Positions 55,508 through 64,000 of a DNA stretch of 64,000 nt are shown piece after piece. The translations under genes were made by a program, and so were the position numbers. Source of the DNA: an uncultured Muribaculaceae bacterium (GTDB lineage: Bacteria > Bacteroidota > Bacteroidia > Bacteroidales > Muribaculaceae). Location of the stretch: assembly GCA_910578805.1 (NCBI GenBank), contig CAJTRS010000004.1:16708-80707 (forward strand), read 5' to 3'. The notes under the pieces were generated by a model. That model worked only from the letters and a program-made list of their open reading frames with translations, was not told where the DNA came from and made no database searches. Position 1 is the first letter of the stretch. Every line of letters begins with the position of its first letter.

Positions 55508-58129
55508 TTATTTTTGCAGGGCTTCGATGGCAGCTGACAGACTTGCTATCTTGGTGTCGGCATCGGCAAGCTTTCTGCGTTCGCCTTCGACCACTGCGGC
55601 CGGGGCATTGGACACGAAGCGTTCATTGCCGAGCTTCTTCATTACCGAATTACGGAATCCCTGGTAATATTCGATATCTTTCTGGAGTTTCGCTATTTCG
55701 GCATCGATATCTATGTTGTCGGTCAACGGTACGTTGATTTCCGTAGTGCCTACCATGAATGTGGCTGCGGCAGGGTCCTTTTCCGCATTGTGGTTTATGG
55801 CCGCCACATTGGCCAGCTTGCATATTACGGGGTCTTCATTTTTATCCCAGGTTCCGATTATGTTCACAGTGAGAGTTTCCTTATTGGGGATATTCTTGAC
55901 GGCTCGTATATTGCGCAGACCGTTGACAACTTCCATAACATGCTCCATGGCATGAAGTATTTCGGTATCGGCCACTCCTGCTGTAGGGGTAGGAGCGAAC
56001 ATTATCGACTCCCCGTCGCGGCGCTGCGATATGTGTTGCCATAGCTCTTCCGTGATGAATGGCATAAACGGGTGGAGCAAACGCAAAAGTGCATCAAAAT
56101 ATTCCAGAGTACGCTCTATTGTTTTTCCGTCGATGGGACTGCCGTAGGCCGGTTTAACCATTTCAAGGTACCATGCCGAGAAATCGTCCCAGAACAGACG
56201 GTATATCTCTTTCAGCGCTTCTGACAGACGGAATTTTGATATCAGGTCATTTATTTCTTCAACCGAAGCACTTAGCCTGGACTCAAACCAACGGCATGCT
56301 GTGGCCGAAGCTTCGGGTTGCAGCGCGGTCTGATCTATTTCCCAACCTTTGATAAGGCGGAACGCGTTCCATATCTTATTGGAGAAGTTTCGGCCTGTCT
56401 CACACAGTTTTTTGTCGAAGAATATGTCATTTCCGGCGGGAGCGGAAAGCAGAATTCCCATGCGCACTCCGTCGGCACCGTAAGTAGCTATCAGTTCAAG
56501 CGGGTCAGGGGAGTTGCCGAACTGTTTCGACATCTTGCGGCCTATTTCATCACGCACAATTCCGGTGAAGTAAACGTTGTTGAACGGTTGCTTTCCGATG
56601 AATTCATATCCGGCGATAATCATTCGTGCTACCCAGAAAAATATAATGTCAGGGCCTGTAACGAGATCGGACGTGGGATAATAATAGTTTATTTCCTTGT
56701 TGCCGGGCTCGAGTATGCCGTTGAATAATGATATAGGCCATAACCATGAAGAGAACCATGTGTCAAACGAATCCTCGTCCTGATGCAGATCGGCGGCAGT
56801 AAGTGACGGATTAATTTTCCTGGCCAGGTTCAGTGCTTCCTCAGGCGTCTCTGCCACAACGAAAGAGCCATCGGGCAGATAATAAGCCGGAATGCGGTGT
56901 CCCCACCATAACTGACGTGATATGCACCAGTCACGTACATCGGTCATCCAATGCCGGTAGGTGTTCTTGAACTTGTCAGGAATGAATTTTACCGTGTCGG
57001 TTTCTACGGCTTCAAGAGCGGGACGCGCTAGTTCGTCCATTTTGAGGAACCATTGGTCACTGAGACGAGGTTCGGTCGCAGTGTCGGTATTGCGCTCGGA
57101 ATACCCCACTTTATTCTCATAATTCTCTATCTTTTCTATCAGTCCGGCTTCCTGCAGGTCCTTGGCAATCTGTTCGCGTACTGCGAAACGGTCCATGCCT
57201 ATATACATTCCCGCGGCTTCGCTTACAGTGGCATCGTCATTGAATATGTCGATGGACTCAAGGTTGTGCTTCTGACCGAGCATGTAGTCGTTCATGTCGT
57301 GCGCGGGAGTCACTTTAAGGCAACCTGTACCGAATTCGATATCCACATATGTGTCCTCTATTACGGGAATCTCGCGGTTGACAAGCGGCACTATCACGCG
57401 TTTGCCCTTGAGATGCTGGTTCTTGGGATCATCGGGATTGATACACATGGCTGTGTCGCCCATGATTGTTTCCGGACGGGTAGTGGCGACGATCGCATAT
57501 CCTTCCTCGCCCACTATTTTGTAACGCAGATAATAAAGTTTGCTGTGCTCTTCCTTGTACACCACTTCTATATCGCTAAGTGCGGTCCGGGCTTTAGGAT
57601 CCCAGTTGACCATGCGCTTGCCGCGGTATATAAGCCCTTTGTTGTAGAGGTCAACAAATACTTTTATCACACTTCTGGAGCGAATGTCGTCCATGGTGAA
57701 TGCAGTGCGGTCCCAATCGCATGAGGCTCCGAGTTTTTTAAGCTGTTCAAGAATAATTCCGCCGTACTTGTGAGTCCAGTCCCAGGCATGTTTTAGAAAT
57801 TCCTCTCGGGTGAGATCACTTTTCTTGATGCCTTGTTCGGCTAATTTTGCCACTACTTTTGCCTCGGTAGCGATAGCGGCATGGTCAGTACCGGGTACCC
57901 ACAAGGCATTTTTACCGTCCATACGCGCACGGCGGGTAAGTACGTCCTGAATGGTGTTGTTGAGCATGTGACCCATATGGAGCACACCTGTTACATTTGG
58001 CGGCGGAATCACTATGCAATATGGTTCGCGATTGTCGGGCTCGCTGTGAAACAGATTGTGCTTCAACCAGTAAGCATACCATTTATCTTCAACTTCAGCA
58101 GGATTGTATTTGGTGGCTAATTCTTTCAT
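55508..58129 (-). CDS. valS: Valine--tRNA ligase
   Basis: [37 protein letters not shown] and C-terminal coiled coil. Confidence 0.98.
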   Translation of the reverse strand: MKELATKYNPAEVEDKWYAYWLKHNLFHSEPDNREPYCIVIPPPNVTGVLHMGHMLNNTIQDVLTRRARMDGKNALWVPGTDHAAIATEAKVVAKLAEQGIKKSDLTREEFLKHAWDWTHKYGGIILEQLKKLGASCDWDRTAFTMDDIRSRSVIKVFVDLYNKGLIYRGKRMVNWDPKARTALSDIEVVYKEEHSKLYYLRYKIVGEEGYAIVATTRPETIMGDTAMCINPDDPKNQHLKGKRVIVPLVNREIPVIEDTYVDIEFGTGCLKVTPAHDMNDYMLGQKHNLESIDIFNDDATVSEAAGMYIGMDRFAVREQIAKDLQEAGLIEKIENYENKVGYSERNTDTATEPRLSDQWFLKMDELARPALEAVETDTVKFIPDKFKNTYRHWMTDVRDWCISRQLWWGHRIPAYYLPDGSFVVAETPEEALNLARKINPSLTAADLHQDEDSFDTWFSSWLWPISLFNGILEPGNKEINYYYPTSDLVTGPDIIFFWVARMIIAGYEFIGKQPFNNVYFTGIVRDEIGRKMSKQFGNSPDPLELIATYGADGVRMGILLSAPAGNDIFFDKKLCETGRNFSNKIWNAFRLIKGWEIDQTALQPEASATACRWFESRLSASVEEINDLISKFRLSEALKEIYRLFWDDFSAWYLEMVKPAYGSPIDGKTIERTLEYFDALLRLLHPFMPFITEELWQHISQRRDGESIMFAPTPTAGVADTEILHAMEHVMEVVNGLRNIRAVKNIPNKETLTVNIIGTWDKNEDPVICKLANVAAINHNAEKDPAAATFMVGTTEINVPLTDNIDIDAEIAKLQKDIEYYQGFRNSVMKKLGNERFVSNAPAAVVEGERRKLADADTKIASLSAAIEALQK

Positions 58130-58154
58130 GTTAATTATGTTAACTATTGACCCA

Positions 58155-58162
58155 CAAATTTA
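58155..58162 (-). promoter_or_regulatory. -7 promoter element TAAATTTG (valS-purT)
   Basis: TAnnTTTG match 26 nt upstream of valS. Confidence 0.6.
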
Positions 58163-58206
58163 GCAAAAATTCGTGGGCCAACAAATAGGGTGATATATAG
58201 TTTTTG

Positions 58207-61034
<2,828 letters not shown>

Positions 61035-61050
61035 TTAAAAATGAAACGGA

Positions 61051-61824
61051 TTAATCAAGAAACGAGGTGAGAGGGCTGGTTGCTACAGCGCTGTCGGCCA
61101 CGGCTCCGAGGCCGGCCAGATAGGCTTTTCGTCCGGCTTCTACGGCCATGCGGAATGCTACGGCCATTTCCACCGGATCGCCGGCCACGGCTATAGCTGT
61201 ATTGACAAGGACAGCATCGGCACCCATCTCCATGGCGTCGGCGGCATGTGAAGGCGCTCCGAGGCCGGCATCGATAACTACCGGCACACGACTTTCAGCA
61301 ATGATTATCTCAAGAAGATCACGTGTTTTGAGTCCTTTGTTAGTACCGATTGGAGCTCCGAGAGGCATTACGGCGGCAGTACCGACCTCTTCGAGGCGCT
61401 TGCACAGAACAGGATCGGCCTGTATATATGGGAGTACTTTGAACCCCTCTTTGGCAAGAACCTCCGTTGCAGCGAGAGTCTCTATAGGATCGGGCAGAAG
61501 GTATTTAGGGTCGGGGTGTATCTCAAGTTTTATGAAGTCTGTGCCGAAGCATTCACGTGCCAGTCGGGCGGCAAGTATGGCTTCAGCCGCATTGCGTACT
61601 CCCGAGGTGTTTGGAAGAAACTGCACGTGGTCACGATTGATATGGCGGAGCATATCGTCCTCCTCCTCATGTTCCATATCTATGCGCTTCATGGCAACGG
61701 TTATCATTTCCGACTTTGATGCCAGAATGGACTCCAGCATTAGTTTGTTGGAGGCGAATTTGCCGGTGCCGACAAACAGTCGTGAGCGGAATTCGCGTCC
61801 GCCGATATTCAATATGTCAGTCAT
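61051..61824 (-). CDS. thiG: Thiazole synthase
   Basis: [33 protein letters not shown] and LVNTAIA. Confidence 0.97.
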   Translation of the reverse strand: MTDILNIGGREFRSRLFVGTGKFASNKLMLESILASKSEMITVAMKRIDMEHEEEDDMLRHINRDHVQFLPNTSGVRNAAEAILAARLARECFGTDFIKLEIHPDPKYLLPDPIETLAATEVLAKEGFKVLPYIQADPVLCKRLEEVGTAAVMPLGAPIGTNKGLKTRDLLEIIIAESRVPVVIDAGLGAPSHAADAMEMGADAVLVNTAIAVAGDPVEMAVAFRMAVEAGRKAYLAGLGAVADSAVATSPLTSFLD

Positions 61825-61863
61825 ATATGTGATAATAATGTCTTTTCATGTGAAAGGAAAAAA

Positions 61864-62487
61864 TCAGTGTATGTCAAGCAGCTTTTCCATAACAGATGAT
61901 GTGTAGATCATTGGGTCCGGCGCATTGATTATGGCACCAGACATGGCTATGCCGCTTACACCGGTATCCATCAGCGGTTTCACATCATCGATGGTTATAC
62001 CGCCTATGGCCACAATAGGAATCTCAAAACCCTGCTCTCTGACTTCGGTCACGATATCCCGGTAGCCGTCAAGTCCGATCTGAGGAGCCAGTTTTGCTTT
62101 GGTTGTGGTAAATCTGAACGGGCCGAGCCCGATATAGTCCACGTCTTTACCTTTGTAACGGAGTATGTCGTCAACCGTATTGGCAGTAACTCCTATGATT
62201 GCATGCGGGCCAAGCAACTCACGGGCTTCCAACGGGTCCATGTCTTCTTTGCCGAGATGTACTCCGGATACCTTCAGGTCATTGACTACGTTGACGCGGT
62301 CGTCAATGATGAGGAATGTGTCTGTTTCGCGACAAACAGGGATTATCTCGAGTGCTGTATTGCGTACTTCCTCGTCAGAGGCATCTTTCATACGCAACTG
62401 TATCCAGCGGCACCCGCCTTCGATGGCCATCTGTACTTCTTCCGCTATAGAATAGCGGTCGGAGGGGTGAGTGATAAATTGCAGCAT
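61864..62487 (-). CDS. thiE: Thiamine-phosphate synthase
   Basis: IQLRMK, IIDD, GVHLGKED, GPFRFTTTK and VAIGGI. Confidence 0.93.
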   Translation of the reverse strand: MLQFITHPSDRYSIAEEVQMAIEGGCRWIQLRMKDASDEEVRNTALEIIPVCRETDTFLIIDDRVNVVNDLKVSGVHLGKEDMDPLEARELLGPHAIIGVTANTVDDILRYKGKDVDYIGLGPFRFTTTKAKLAPQIGLDGYRDIVTEVREQGFEIPIVAIGGITIDDVKPLMDTGVSGIAMSGAIINAPDPMIYTSSVMEKLLDIH

Positions 62488-62489
62488 AG

Positions 62490-63095
62490 TTATATGGTGT
62501 TAAATGTTTTGTCAAATTCTGAGAGGTTTCGGCTTATGGTCATTCTATCGCTGTTTGTGTTCCAAAGATAGCCCAGCACGGCTATACCCGAGAAGTTATA
62601 TTGCGCCAAATCGCCAATATTTTCAGGGGTTACGCCCCCTAAGGCTATAACAGCCGGAAGTCCGATTTGGTTAAGGCGCAGCAAATCTTTGTGATCAAGA
62701 GCCGCATTGTAGTCCGGTTTGGATATACTGTCAAATACAGGACTGAGAAATACGTAATCGCAATCGTTGGATTCGATGACCTCTTCTATAGAGTGGCATG
62801 ACCGGCTTGTGGGTCCGGAATAATTGGCTGGAGCCACCGGACACCGGCGGTTAAGATGCAGTCCTCCCAGATTGAAGTCATTGACAAGATCGAAGTGACC
62901 GTGCAGGCGTAACCGTGAATGGTACCGCTGCGGAATAGCCTCTATGAGATTTTTGATCTCTCTTAGTGATGATGAGGGGTGACGCAGGTGTACAATATCC
63001 CAGCCATGATCCAAAACGACGGTTATAAGTCCGGCTTCGTCATTAACAATGGTCGGAGGTGTGACTGCTATCTTTATAAAAGGATTATCCGCCAT
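62490..63095 (-). CDS. ThiE/TenI-like paralog
   Basis: HLRHP, GGLHL, SRSCHS..E, YVFLSPVFDSISK.DY and ALGGV. Confidence 0.85.
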   Translation of the reverse strand: MADNPFIKIAVTPPTIVNDEAGLITVVLDHGWDIVHLRHPSSSLREIKNLIEAIPQRYHSRLRLHGHFDLVNDFNLGGLHLNRRCPVAPANYSGPTSRSCHSIEEVIESNDCDYVFLSPVFDSISKPDYNAALDHKDLLRLNQIGLPAVIALGGVTPENIGDLAQYNFSGIAVLGYLWNTNSDRMTISRNLSEFDKTFNTI

Positions 63096-63285
63096 AAAAT
63101 GCCTTGATGATCATTACCGAATCGCCATCGTTGAGTCTGAAAGATGATATCTCTTTCAGCGGAACAACTTTTCCGTTAACAGCCACAGCGATATCCTTGG
63201 GGATAATATTTTTATAATCCAAAGCCTGGGCAAGAGAGCTTCCATCGGGAAGCGCTACCGGAGTGTCATTGATTTTTATTTCCAT
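63085..63285 (-). CDS. thiS: Sulfur carrier protein ThiS
   Basis: 66 aa, IAVAVNGKVV and C-terminal GG. Confidence 0.93.
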   Translation of the reverse strand: MEIKINDTPVALPDGSSLAQALDYKNIIPKDIAVAVNGKVVPLKEISSFRLNDGDSVMIIKAFYGG

Positions 63286-64000
63286 TTTGAGGACTTATTG
63301 GTTATGATATATTTCATGTGGCGTGGGGCGAAAAGGTGGTTTACCGGTCCGTGACCTTTTCCTGTCTTTACTGAAGCACCTGCTTTTAGGCCCCGGGTTA
63401 CGTAAAGTTTTGCCCGGGTAACAGATTCGAGCATGTCGAATCCGAGAGCAAGATAGCATGCAATGGCGCTGGACAGTGTGCACCCGGTGCCATGGGTGTT
63501 ACGTGTGTTGACGGCATCGGCCGTAAGTGTTATGAGTTCCTCCTCGCCTTCGAGCCAGAGATAATCCACTTTAAGATCGATACGGTCCGTGTCGCCGCCT
63601 TTTAAAAGCACATTGCGGCAGCCCATCTGGTTTAGTTTCAGAGCCTGTTTCATAGGTTCTGTCTCTCCGGTAAGACTTATAGCTTCCTGTAGGTTAGGGG
63701 TGACGATAGATGCGAGAGGAAAAAGCCTGTTAACCATATTGTCAATGGCGTCATCGGACAATAGTCTGGAGCCGGAGGTGGACATCATGACCGGATCAAT
63801 AACAACGTTTGAGGTTCCTGCTGATTCCAGAAATGTACTGACCACGTCAATTATATCCCGATTGTAAAGCATGCCTGTCTTTACGGCCATTGGCGGAATG
63901 TCATTGTGAATCATATCCATCTGGTCATATACTATCTTCGGGTCTATGCCCTGGACCGAACGGACTCCGGTGGTGTTTTGCGCGGTGATAGCCGTGATAA
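63276..64000 (-). CDS. thiD: Hydroxymethylpyrimidine/phosphomethylpyrimidine kinase (5' end outside the window)
   Basis: Frame is open to the window edge: ITAITAQNTTGV, VKTGML, VIDPVM, VTPNL.EA, LLKGG and NTHGTGCTLSSAIA. Confidence 0.95.
   Translation of the reverse strand, partial: ITAITAQNTTGVRSVQGIDPKIVYDQMDMIHNDIPPMAVKTGMLYNRDIIDVVSTFLESAGTSNVVIDPVMMSTSGSRLLSDDAIDNMVNRLFPLASIVTPNLQEAISLTGETEPMKQALKLNQMGCRNVLLKGGDTDRIDLKVDYLWLEGEEELITLTADAVNTRNTHGTGCTLSSAIACYLALGFDMLESVTRAKLYVTRGLKAGASVKTGKGHGPVNHLFAPRHMKYIITNKSSKWK

Noticed and set aside
63900..64000. TPP riboswitch for the thi operon
   Set aside because: The thiD frame is still open at the window edge, so any leader lies outside the window.

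Overview
Core chromosomal segment of a gut Bacteroidales bacterium, most likely Muribaculaceae-like. The Bacteroidales call rests on protein families, gene order and repeated TAnnTTTG promoter elements; the family-level call is my impression. The window holds about 54 tightly packed CDSs. In order: the start of the Bat/MoxR operon, two HU-family genes, a GtrB-like GT2, proS, a DUF4290-rimM operon, TetR-fabG, dacB, rsmI, ftsY-rimO-menF, an SGNH/SGNH/MBOAT O-acylation cluster, nrdDG, menDBCE, an FKBP, two GH2 glycosidases, an RND pump, a DEAD-box helicase, yqgE, a frameshifted dxs paralog, rfbD-prfC-thrA, a TrmH methylase, radA, a class A (A2) beta-lactamase, purT, valS and most of a thiamine operon. 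I found no tRNA/rRNA, CRISPR array, IS, integrase or prophage, and no clearly new multi-gene system. The best leads are the chromosomal A2 beta-lactamase, a T9SS-secreted GH2 with tandem GEVED-like repeats, a tail-anchored HU protein, a dxs break exactly at AGG-AGG, an 18-nt core deletion in ftsY and a 16-bp direct repeat between nrdD and menD. Comparisons with Bacteroides genes are from memory, not from a search.
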